A DNA stretch of 59,232 nt, filler included, from Basidioascus undulatus (lineage: Eukaryota): the NCBI GenBank assembly GCA_000826855.1. It is 5 parts of 5 records of this genome, joined end to end, with 100 filler letters (N's around TTAATTAATTAA, not from the genome) between each part and the next. Parts side by side here need not be neighbours in the genome. Positions count along the whole stretch, not along the records: positions 11,886 to 23,669 come from JTLS01000981.1; 4 more parts are not named here. One strand, given 5' to 3'. A program made the translations under genes and the position numbers. Positions 12,912 through 23,769 of this stretch are shown in pieces. Within the stretch, counting starts at the first letter, position 1; each line of letters starts with the position of its first letter. The notes under the pieces were generated by a model. That model did not search any database, had not been told where the DNA came from, and worked only from the letters and a program-made list of their open reading frames with translations.

Positions 12912-13949
12912 GATTTGCAGGAGTAAATAATTGTGGGGAAAAGAACGGTGCGCTGAGTGAAGCCTCCTTGATATACATTTCAATGTCCCCGAGGAGACCT
13001 CAGGGACGACATGCAACTAAATCTCTAAGTCTGGGAAGCGTACGCGTCCGACGGGTGACCGAGCCCGCCCCCGAGGAGTTCGCTGACAGGACAGGCGAAG
13101 ACGCAGGCGGGGCGGGCTCGGGCACCTGGGCAGCTGCTCGCCGAGCCCCTCGCTGCGACGAACACGCAATACTTTCTTTCTTTCTCTGGGAAAGTTTTGA
13201 TTATAAGGCTCTGAACGGTTCCGAGCTCTGTTCAATCAAAAGAGTTGGGTATTAATTTTTATCATGGAGCTTGAAGTTTATAAGTGTGCAGTTGTGCAAG
13301 GCGGAGTAAATAGTCTCGACTCTGTCATGACAATTGAAGTCTTGCAGGCTCGGGCATTCAGTCGCAAGGTCGTACCCGCAAGCCGAGGCCTCACTCCGTA
13401 ATGACAGTGCGCTGACTGCGAACCGAATGAGCGCTCGCTATTCAAATATCTTTGATGATCACAATGCACCCCTCTGACGTACTCCTCGGCCAGGACTCCC
13501 TTGCCGAACCCTGAGGCTGAACGTGAGCAACCTCGAGCAGTCGAACCAAGCCGAATCATTAGCGAATCCAGCTTGTGTGACGAAAATGATCTATTACTTC
13601 ATCCTATCCTCGCGAATAATTTAAAATTAACCGTACATACCACTCCAAGGACACAACAATACCCCACCCAGCACAGCGATCCATTCCGTTCCATCTACAG
13701 ACTCGCCAGCCACAGTTTGCCCCAAATATCCCTAATATGTGTAACCAAAGAACAAAAGCACCCGGATGAATCCGGAAACCTGCTTAGAACTCCGCAGTAA
13801 TCCAAGGCTGATATGCCTGCCTGTGGCAGGACTGCTTCCATGACCGTTCTCTTGACTGTAGGCTGAGCCGTACAGCAAAGCCCATTCTTAAATACTAGTT
13901 TAATAAAGTCAGTGGAGAGCCGACATGGTGACGCTGCCGCTTCTGATCG

Positions 13950-15250
13950 ATTAGGGAAGAGAAGGGTGCAGAGTTGCCAGAGCCTGACGCATCTGAGCCA
14001 AGTTGGGTGCCTACTTCTACCAGATTCACAGAGACGCTGAAATATGGCTATTCATCCGCTCGGATAATGTTCTATTCATACTGAGTCGTAGAGTCAGGAG
14101 GAGCCTGACCTTTCACACTGTGAGTGACTGATTGTCATCCTGTTCTCCGCGAGGCTCGCTGTGAAGCCCAAGCAGTGCGTGCTTGCCGCCAGTCCCAGTG
14201 ACATACAAAAATCATAGTGTTTCAGAGGGACTGCGACCTACCTCGGGTTATTACGGAGCTTTGCCATTCAATATGGACGACAGCACGATCGGAGAGTCAT
14301 GTCGACTACTTTTCATAAGCGTTTTCGGGTTAACAGCTTGAATAAATACTCCCTCAGGAGCTAAGTATATTGGCTACACAACTTTTGGCCGAACAAGCAA
14401 GGGCAAGACGTACATCATGAAGATCCTCCCGATTCCGGCTGCAGAAGTGCCGGACGATCCGTGAGCGCCGGCCGCTGCGACACAGCCTTAAAAACGTGCG
14501 GGCCCAGGCATGAGCAGGAGAAAATTAGGCTGCACACTCTCCGAAGTCGGTAGGTTCATCAGAGTTCGAGGGTGATCTGTCGACTGCGCACCTGCATGGT
14601 AGCGGAGCCAGGCGGAAATGGCACGCATGCCAACCCCAACCCACCCTCAGTGATCGCTATGGTGGGCAGCAGCGCCTTTCCTTTGGATTCAGTTTGCAGT
14701 GTTGATTAGCTTTCCCTTATACGCGCACTGCGCTTCTCGTTGTCCTGGCTGGCTTGCAATGCGAGAGGCCCAGGAGCCGTGACGATGACCGTTCGACTCG
14801 GCTCCTCTGGATCCGTGTGCGCCTTCCTGTGCTCTCGAGGAGTATTGTTTTCATAGTGTGCAATGACAGTCTTACATGGGGCTCTGGCGATCACATACCG
14901 CACAGAAGCAGGGTCAAACGCTTATCAGTAGCCGCCCCTGCCTTGGTTAAGATTCAGGGCTGGCCCGCTGGGTGCCTGTGCGCGAGCACATGGCAGCCTG
15001 AATTCCGAAGCGCCTTAGCCGCTTCCATCTTGCAGTGCCTCAAGGTAAAGAAAGGCAGTACTTCTTGGCTTACAACATTGATAGATCATACAACTGCATG
15101 CTTCGAGCTTGCAATTTCAGCAGACAAGCCTTCGACAGCCCCTACTCAATGCCCGTGCTGGTGATCGCAGCGGTGAATGGTCTGACCCCATTCCGTACGT
15201 TTGAACCGAAATGCGTACCTGACCGCCCAACTCACATGAGCATGTACTCC
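13950..15250 (+). pseudogene. Unidentified multi-exon gene relic (boundaries approximate)
   Basis: A series of exon-like segments bounded by CAG/GTGAG/GTGCGT (e.g. AKYIGYTTFGRTSKGKTYIMKILPIPAAEVPDDP at about 14358-14460). Neighbouring segments contain in-frame stops. Confidence 0.25.
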
Positions 15251-15396
15251 TGAGAGCTTCGCCGACATCCCTGTTCACCAACCTTCTCCTGCAGCCCTGA
15301 GCGTGGGCGATCTGCTCTTATGCAGGAGACGCGGCGCTGTGTTGCCTGCTCGCACCATCCTCCCCCCTTCCAAGCCCTACCAAATCCTACACTAAG

Positions 15397-16587
15397 ATGC
15401 CCTACCTCCCCATATCCCCTACCGAAGAGCTTCATGCAGCAGTCTTTACGCCCAGCGGGTCGACCGACACGCTCGATAGTGGTGTGGACACATTGATTCT
15501 AATCCAGTAGGTCTTTCCCTTCCCTAACGGCTGTTCTGCTCTGACAATTGGCCTTTCAGAAACATCGATAATCCGTGTTTTGTCCTTCGACCGTTCCTTT
15601 CATCCTCGGCTTTCACCTCCGCATACAACATCGTCCTCTTCGAGCTGCCGGGCTATGGCGCCTCCGCTCACACCTCCTCGCTTCCCCATGGTATCGGCTT
15701 CGATATCATCGCCGACCAAATCGCGATTGCCTTGAGAAGTCTTACCTCCGAACCCGTCTATGTCTTCGGACGCTCGATCGGCGCGTGCATAGCGCAGTAC
15801 TTCGCGGGTCGTCATCCCAGTCTGGTCAAGCGCGTGGTATTGGCTAGTCTGCCCGACCTTCACATCGTGCGTGTTTCTTCCTTCCTAAAATCAGCTGCGG
15901 GGCTCACATAAGCCTCCTCTAGACCGAAGAGGACCGCGAGCAATACGACTCGATGTTCGCGTACGTTGACGACGACCCGACGCAGCTGGCGGCCACGCGA
16001 CGGGGTCTCGAGGTAGCCGTCGTACCAGCTGTCCTCGGCGGCTACGGGACGTCCGAGGATGCGGATGCATGGCTGAACTGGGCTATGGACACGTACCACT
16101 ACGAGGGACAAATTGCGGAGGGGACAAAGCGTATTTGCTGGATTCGGTAAGGCAAAGCTTCGCAAAGCAAGCTGGGCTGGAGCTCGACGCTGATTCCTAT
16201 GAATCCACTCTCCAGATCGGTTCTTATGGATCGTGAACGGCCGCCTCAACAAATCCTCGAAGGAGTTCAGTGCCCAGTGCTGTTGATCCGAGGAGGCACG
16301 TCGTGTCGTTGCTCCTGCACCTCTCTGATCTTGACGTGCTGACTTCTTTCTTTCTGGGCGTAATGTTCAGAGGAAGATCTTATGATTCCTCCGGAATCTC
16401 TCCAAGTATGCAACTTCGTTTCTGAACTGCATTCAGCGCACAAACTTACCTTCCGATTGCGCAGGAGCACGCGTCGTCCATGCCCAACGCAACCCAGATC
16501 GACATATGCAGCGTCCCTCAAGCAGGGCACTGCGTGACGTACTTCTCACCCGCCAAGGAGAGAGTTCTAGATCGGCAAGTGGAATAA
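15397..16587 (+). CDS. Alpha/beta hydrolase fold protein
   Basis: YNIVLFELPGYGAS, nucleophile elbow YVFGRSIGACIA (GxSxG), QCPVLLIRG|EEDLMIPP (acid residue), VPQAGHC (His). One intron needs a GC donor at 16296. Confidence 0.85.
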
Positions 16588-17390
16588 AACGCCTACTTTG
16601 TATGTGATGTATACTGATCAAGCGACGAGTGCAGAATCCTTGAATTTTTGCGAGCCAAACCGTAGCGTCGTCACCCTCCTTGCTTTTTCACTCACCTTGG
16701 GTTCCATGCGAAGCTGGCCTTGCATCTTGTTCAACATTCATGGACATTTTTCCATTATCTAGCGTCATACCTCTTAGTGGTCTGCTGGGCTGCGCAAGAT
16801 GTTCGCCACTCTGACGATGACAAAACACTTCGGCTATCGATCATTGAAGCTCCAGCCTTTGATTGAAAGTATGATGTGTAAGAGTTTTGGATTGGAAGGA
16901 GAAAGGAGGAACTGCATTCGGAGGCCATGGAATAAGACAACAAAATTCAAATCGACGTTACAATTGGCTTGCAGAAAGTGGTTGGCCACTGCGCGTTTCT
17001 GCGTACAGACTTTGCATTTTCGAGATAGAAGAGTGATCTGTTTATCAGGTTGATTGTATGGATATGAGGATTATTTGTGCGCTACCCTGACTGAGAGCAC
17101 GCCTCCCTCGCAAGGTAAGACAGGGAGCACGCGAGCGCCTTCTCCAGCGCCCCCAGAACGGGTAGTTCCCAAACGACACCTTGCAGCCGCCGCAGCTCCA
17201 GCCTACTCCCGTCCTGTTCTCTGCACCGTATCATTGGCAAAAAAGCACGCGACCGGAAGGCTACGTGAAGAACGAGCTCATCAGGGCCTTCGCTTTAACC
17301 TGCATCTCGCTTTTTAAGTCTCTGCCCTGAAGGGCCGACACCTCGCTCTCTCGTACCACTCAGCCAAACGTTCGGCTTTCCCTCTCGATC

Positions 17391-20156
17391 ATGCCAGTTC
17401 AACTCTCCGAGAGTGCTTCATGCTCCTCCTCTCGCAAGTCTGACGACCTCCCATCCCCATCCAAGTCGGACGGCGCCAACATCGAAGTCAAGGCCATCGA
17501 CGCAAGCCACGGTGAGGCATTCTTATGGTTGCACCGACACGAGCACGAAGCGCGTACGCTTACACCTGAACTTGAGAGTAAACTGAGGTGGAAACTCGTA
17601 CGAACGGCTGCTGCAGACATTGTTAATAGGGGGGTGGCTTCTGACGCTAGACAAGGTGAGTGGGGTTTCTGTCATGAACCTTGGGGCTGAGACTGAATCA
17701 TCCAGCCACAGGCAACTCTCGGTTCAGGTAGAGCTCATTTCTATAATGTCCGTCAGATAAATGAGGCTGAAGCTATGGTTCTAGGATCTATCCTCGGGCT
17801 GCTCCAAGATCTGTCGTTGACCGGGAATCAGTACGACAGTACGCTTTCATCAAAACCCGGACCGAGGCTACCCTCTAACGCATCTTGTTGTTTATTCAGA
17901 TCTCTTCACTATAACCTGTGGGCCTCAACACTTGCAGCCGCTGATACATCGTGACCGCTGAACCTAGCCGACCTTCAGACGTCGGGTATCTCGTTGCGTT
18001 ATACCCCCTGAGCCGTCTCCAGCAGAAGATCGGTATCCGAATCTTCATCTCAGGGGCACTCTTCATATTTTCGGCGATTTACTCCTCCATCTGGCGACCA
18101 AAAACTTTGGCGGGCTTGCTGCTATCCGGTGGGTCGCTGTTCAGACTCTAGTGGTGAAGACGAACCGGACCGCTAAATCCATCACGCCAGATTTTTCCTT
18201 GGTGCAGCCGAAAGCTCGATTCTCCCCAGTATGTGTTTGTGTTCCCCCAAACTTCACAGTACTGACACAAAACCACACCTCTTTACCCAGCGACTACGCT
18301 TCTGCATCAACAATACTTCAATCCACAAGAGCCCCGGCCGCTTCGACTTGCCTTCTGGACTTGTGCCTGCTCAGGCCTGGTAAGCATTTTTCTCATGGTG
18401 TGCTACACTTATCGCCCTTGAGCTCACGAGTTCGTGGTTCAGGCTAGCAGCTTGCTTTCTTACGGTTGCCTTCATGTCGGTCAGGTCGGGCCGCTGCTGC
18501 CCTGGCAGATGCTCCAGGTACGCGTAATAGTGCTACTATGACAGTCAATTTTCCTGGTGCTAAAGATCACGAGCAGATAATTGTAGGTCTCATCGCTTCC
18601 GTCGTGGCCGTCAGCCATTCCATCTTTCTTCCCGACAAGTGCGTCTTCCTCTCTATCAACTGCGCGAGTGGGCTTTGACTGTCCTCGAACCCCTCAGCCC
18701 GTCGAAGGCCAAATTTCTTACGACTGTAAGAGAAAGGTTCGTGGTCTTATTGACAGCCAAAACACTTCCGTGTCTCAACTCAAGGCTGTCTTCATCAGGT
18801 GGGTTTTGCAACGCCTTCGCGATCGGCAAGCTCCGATCGAGGCACGGCAGTGGAAGATGTACCAAGCGGTCGAGGCTTTGAAAGACCCAAGTCCTGGATG
18901 TTTGCGTTCTTCGTCTTCCTCCAGTAAGCATTCAATGTAACCCGCAATAACGTCGAGTGCCTTCTATATGCTGACGCTTCATTCCCCTCCAGGGAGCTCA
19001 TGTACAACAAGAGCAATCAGGAGCCTCTCATCACCGTTTCGTAGGTTCACGACGCTGAAAACAACCCTCCTCACATGTATCGGATCGTTGGTCTTCATCA
19101 CCGCCTTTCTTGCGTATGTCCTCCATTATCATGCTGTGTCCCTTCCGGGGGCTTCAAGGGTCGCTTACCACTCAACAACCTCTTTTCTGCGAACCAGAGC
19201 AACACTGGTCCTGCCCTACACTCGGAACTCGTATGGATACGTCTGCGCGGCGTCCCGTGCGCAGTCGGCGCTATTGGACTACTTTCCCTCCCCGCCAGTA
19301 CCGCCGCCGCCGCACCACCCGCCGGTACTGCGACCGCCACGCCATCCACCAGTTGGAGTAACAAGGTGAGGACCACGCAGTCTTTGTGCTCTCCGTTCGT
19401 TCCGCTGACATTTACAAGCAACTCGGGCCGCTTGTGTTCTTGAACATGACCAACACGGGCGTCGAGTACACTCTGGTAGTCTCGTGGAGCGGCCCTTGCA
19501 CCGCGGACTACACCAAGAAGGTCGCCGCTCAGGGTGAGCTGCAGCCGTATTGTCAGTTGGAGAGCGGCAACTCACTGTTGAAGGGTTCTCCAGCCATGGT
19601 GATGTTCTTCTACGCTGTAAGGAATATCATCGCCCCGCAGATTTGGCAGGTATGTGTGCGCTGAAGCTCACAGCAACATCCGCACTGATGCCATGCTACA
19701 CAGCCGAAGGACAAGCGTCGCTACCGCGTGGCCTGGTCCATTCTCTTAGGCTTCTCATACGTTGGGGCAGCGATCATGCTGCTCTTCACCCCCTGGTACC
19801 TGTGCGTGCACCCCAATTTCCCCGACTTGCTCACGAGCGTGACAGAGGCACTCACAAGCTTGACACTCCCTGTAGGGCTCGCGAGAACCGCAGGCGTGCG
19901 GCTCTGCGCGCTGAGCGGGACGCGCAGCACGCGAAAACACCGAGCGAGGAAGACGACAAGTACGTCGAGGAAAACCTTCCAGATGGTTCAACGCTCCGGG
20001 TCAAGGTGGACCAAGCGACGCTCGATCAGGTGAGTCTTACGCAAAACGAGCGCCTCGATCGAGGCCAGCGTCCCACTGACCGACGTTGCGTGCGTCCATT
20101 GCGTGCGTCCATTGCAGACAGATCGCGAAAACCTGGACTTCATCTACATCCTCTGA
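17391..20156 (+). pseudogene. MFS allantoate permease (Dal5-like) pseudogene
   Basis: Family segments LHLATKNFGGLAAIR, CTADYTKK, NIIAPQIWQ|PKDKRRY and terminal DQ|TDRENLDFIYIL*. Frameshifts near 18077 and 19250, substitutions at usually conserved Gly positions, and a 60-nt insertion. Confidence 0.8.
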
Positions 20157-20655
20157 ACATATCAGAGACCTTCAAGACAGCCATGTTATTAGAGATCCAC
20201 GATTTTGAGACCGTACTCGCCTGAAAAGGGTTCTCCCGTTCCATGCAATGCGCTGTAGGCCAAGTCTCATTCAGGTTGAGCTGTGAGCTGTGTAATGTAA
20301 AAGCGGCGCTGTGGTCAAAAAAGAATGTCATCCTATGTGGACACCGCGGTATGTTGTACGCGAACGACAGGGCCGTCAGTACGGAAACATACAGGTAGCA
20401 CTGCACACAACTTTCCCTGGACGCATAATTCACGTAAGGACCCCACAGCAGGCGAGTCACCACCAGAAACCGTCGAGGCTGCGATTACAGTCTTCATAAT
20501 GTAAACGAATAACGTAGCGTAAATCGAAGTACAACCATGGGAATGGCGGAGCTCGTGCCAAAAACCCACAACTCAAACAACATTAAGAGCTAGATTACGG
20601 GTGGCAGGAACGGGTAGTAGGGTGTGCGTTTCGAATGCGTTTCGATGGAGAGCGA

Positions 20656-21485
20656 TTAGACGATCGCGCCGCCCATGGTGGTGCCGCCGCGGCGAGCGCG
20701 GAAGGCGAGGCCGGAGATGATTAGGAGGATGATAAAGAGCCAGACGCTGATGAGGTGGCATTTAAGTCAGAACCGAGGGTGACTGGGCTTTGGGAGGCTG
20801 GTGAGACTCACGTGTTGATCCACGCCATCGCCTCCTCCGCGTTCAGCTGTCCGCAGTATGGGACATCGCCTATGACACACAGAAGGAAGAGCGCGTTAAC
20901 TTCATGAGTGTGGGAGCTCGGAGAGGAATGGAGAACGCACTGAATTTGCAGGACAACCCGCCACCGAGCCTGGAGGTAATGGCCGCCGCGCCCGCGAGCC
21001 AGAAGATGAAGGTGAGGATAACCCAGCCGAGACTGTTTAATGCGGCGTTAGTTTCGTGTGACTATGTGACGAATCAGGAGATGAGGCTACGCACTGAGAA
21101 GCAATAGAAAGGAAGACGCCCCCGGCCCCGAGCGGTACGGCGAGGAAGCCCGCCAAGTACACGATCGCAAAGAGCACAGTCCACGTCGAGGCGACTGGGA
21201 GCAAGACATCAGCTTAGCAAATCCTATCTCTAGGACTACAACGTGTGCCACTCACAGAGGATGTATCGCGTGGTGTCGCGAACGCCGGTATCGGGGTAGT
21301 TGTTGTGCCTGTGCGAGCACCGCCCCATCAGCATCTTCCTCCGACGACCACCTCCAGAGAACAGAGAAGCACCTGTTGTACATGGACGTGAGCCATGCGC
21401 TGATGCAAAGTTGCACAATAGAAAAGAACGTAAGAAGGCCAAAGAAGATGGGGTGGCCCCTCCGGACGTGGGTGTCGAGACTCAT
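20656..21485 (-). CDS. Four-TM MARVEL-like membrane protein
   Basis: MSLDTHVRRGHPIFFGLLTFFSIVQLCISAWLT..; ASTWTVLFAIVYL; WVILTFIFWLAGAAAIT..C..YCGQLNAEEAMAWIN; four hydrophobic helices; canonical introns. Confidence 0.78.
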
Positions 21486-22215
21486 GATGATGGATGTGCT
21501 AGGCGAGGACGGTGAGCTGGATTTCGGCGCTGAGGGACGGGACGGGCGCCGGTCTTGACGCCTTGACGGGACGCTGTTGTGGTGGTGGTGGGAGAAGAAG
21601 GGAGAGAGAGAGGCGAGGCGGAGGCGGGATGGGCACGACCTGGCTAGGTACCGAGGTCGACCAACTTCCCCACTTTCGCAGGAAAAATGATGTCATGACG
21701 GTCAGCTTACGAACCTCGAGGAGATCCTGCAGACAGCGCCTCGGCCTCAAGCCACTGAAAATATGTATATTTGGATCTAAAGAGAGTAGTATTTAGTGGT
21801 GTTGGTGGTGTCGATCGTCGCAACTGATCATGTCGTCGCAGGTACAGGTCGACGCATCATTCTGACCGAGGACTGGAGCGGGCGCCGCAGGGCGGGAGCT
21901 GCTCTTGGGATCGATCGCAGTGGTCGCCTGCCCCTAAGTTTCTGATTTGAACCCTTGGCTTGCTTACCGTTTTGTAGGCCTCTCGAACGCAGATAATATA
22001 GGGGAAGAGCTTTTAGGAGAACTCTGGGCTGAGTTGGGGCAACACTGACCTTGTATCGCGTACGACACAGTCCAGCCACACTCGGAAGTGTCTGGGAAGC
22101 GTATTTCTAGGCATCGCGCTGCGACTATCAGGCAGATCAGTACCGATGCATATACGCATATACAAATGACAATAAACTATTGGAACAATGCGATGCAGCC
22201 GGGACTGAAACGCAG

Positions 22216-23016
22216 TCAGCCACGACTGTCGGCACTTCCGCTTCCCTCCGGCTCTGATCCTGCCTCAGCAGTCGTCAAGCGCGAAATTTCGTAGGTAATG
22301 TCCTCGACGCGCATCCGGAACATCTTCCCCTCAAGCATACCGATGAGTGGTGCTCTCACGCAAATCAAGAAGGGCACGGCTACCGCACCTCGACGAGGTC
22401 CTCCGCTCTCTCCGCCACCTCCGGCTCATCGCCGAGCATGTCGAGCCTGACCTGCAGATGCGCGAGCACTTCCTCGAGCACCCCCGCTTCCATCGCCTCT
22501 CCCAGTACGCGTGCGCTGCGGAGCTGCAGCTCAGGCAGCTCCGCCCGCATCGCCTCGACTGACGCCGCTGTGCGCGGCATCTGGACGCGTTCCACTCCGA
22601 AGAGCAGCTGCTCGAAAAAGACGAGCGTCGTGACGTGCCGAGCCTCCTGAAAAAGAAAAGGTGGGCTTAAGGGTGAGCAGCCGGAACTTTGTTAGGAAGG
22701 ACTGGTGGAACGGTGCGGACTTTGAAGAGGGTGGACACGGCAGAAGGAATCGAGAACGGAGGCTGCGCAGAGTTTTGAGCGACTGCTGCCGATGGAGCAA
22801 CATCTCCATGGGAAAATCGAGAAGGGGGGTGCGGAAAGCCACCGAAAGACTGCTGAGAGTCAGTAAGAGCCTCAGAGCCTTCGAGCTCCAAATCCTGCAA
22901 TGACAACCGCCAAACCCTTCAGCTCGGCCGCCTCGTCCTCTCGATAACATGGTAGTTGAGCTCACCGAAACGTCTGCACCATTGCCGTCCATATCATAAC
23001 CTCTGTTTACAGACAT
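22216..23016 (-). CDS. Hypothetical protein, about 4 exons
   Basis: GC3-biased exons with canonical splice sites (..STLFK|EARHVTTLVFFEQLLFGVERVQM..AEDLVE|..FRMRVEDITYEISRL..*). Start uncertain. Confidence 0.5.
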
Positions 23017-23577
23017 GGTTCAATTATGGGAGAGCTTCAGAGAGAGGGAGCTGAGGAGGTCAAGAAAGGTGGCGAGTGCTTGCGAGCTCTATCAGAGCGA
23101 CGCACGCGACGAGGACGCGTCGCCGCATCGGGACCGATGAGTCGGCATGGCTGTGTAACCTTTCTTCCTGTGATTGGGCAAGTCAGTCTTTTACTCCGTA
23201 TATTCCAAAGCGGAGCCGAGATGATAAGCTCGCGGATCGAAGCGGAACAGGCGGAGCAGCGCCGTACCAGCACGTCCGACATGCCTTTTGTCTTATGGTG
23301 CTTTAGTATTATGAAGATATAGGGCATACGAGGGAATAATATTCTTCAAATATTCTCTTGAGATCGCGTTCTTGGAGCAGCTAAATTTCTGGAGGGAGGC
23401 TGAACATGCAAAAAGTTCTGTTCCCAGACTCCGACAGGCTGCCGGCCGGCGTGAGTAGGTACGTACAGTGAAAGACGGAAAGATGAAAGCAAGTGGAAGG
23501 AAGAGGGCGCCTCCTCGCATCATGCATGCCTCTATGGCTGATTGGGTGGAGCAAAATGTTGCTGCAGCAAAAGGATG

Positions 23578-23649
23578 TTCCTCCTAGCCGACTTGAACGA
23601 CTGACCTCGTCATTACTAGTGACGCGCTCTACCACTGAGCTAAGGAGGA
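23578..23649 (-). tRNA. tRNA-Thr (anticodon AGT), intronless, copy 1
   Basis: Cloverleaf TCCTCCT-TA-GCTC-AGTGGTA-GAGC-G-CGTCA-CTAGTAA-TGACG-AGGTC-AGTCG-TTCAAGT-CGGCT-AGGAGGA-A; T4 run (Pol III terminator-like) at 23569-23572. Confidence 0.97.
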
Positions 23650-23669
23650 GTTGTTTTATTGAAGATTAT

Positions 23670-23769
23670 NNNNNNNNNNNNNNNNNNNNNNNNNNNNNNN
23701 NNNNNNNNNNNNNTTAATTAATTAANNNNNNNNNNNNNNNNNNNNNNNNNNNNNNNNNNNNNNNNNNNN
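23670..23769. other. Artificial contig linker
   Basis: N44-TTAATTAATTAA-N44. Confidence 0.99.

Noticed and set aside
20088..20113. 13-bp tandem duplication GCGTGCGTCCATT
   Set aside because: Real, but an ordinary slippage event inside a pseudogene intron.
23381..23635. Duplicated ORF MVERVTSNDEVSRSSRLGG (also 35335-35517)
   Set aside because: It is a translation through the tRNA-Thr gene.
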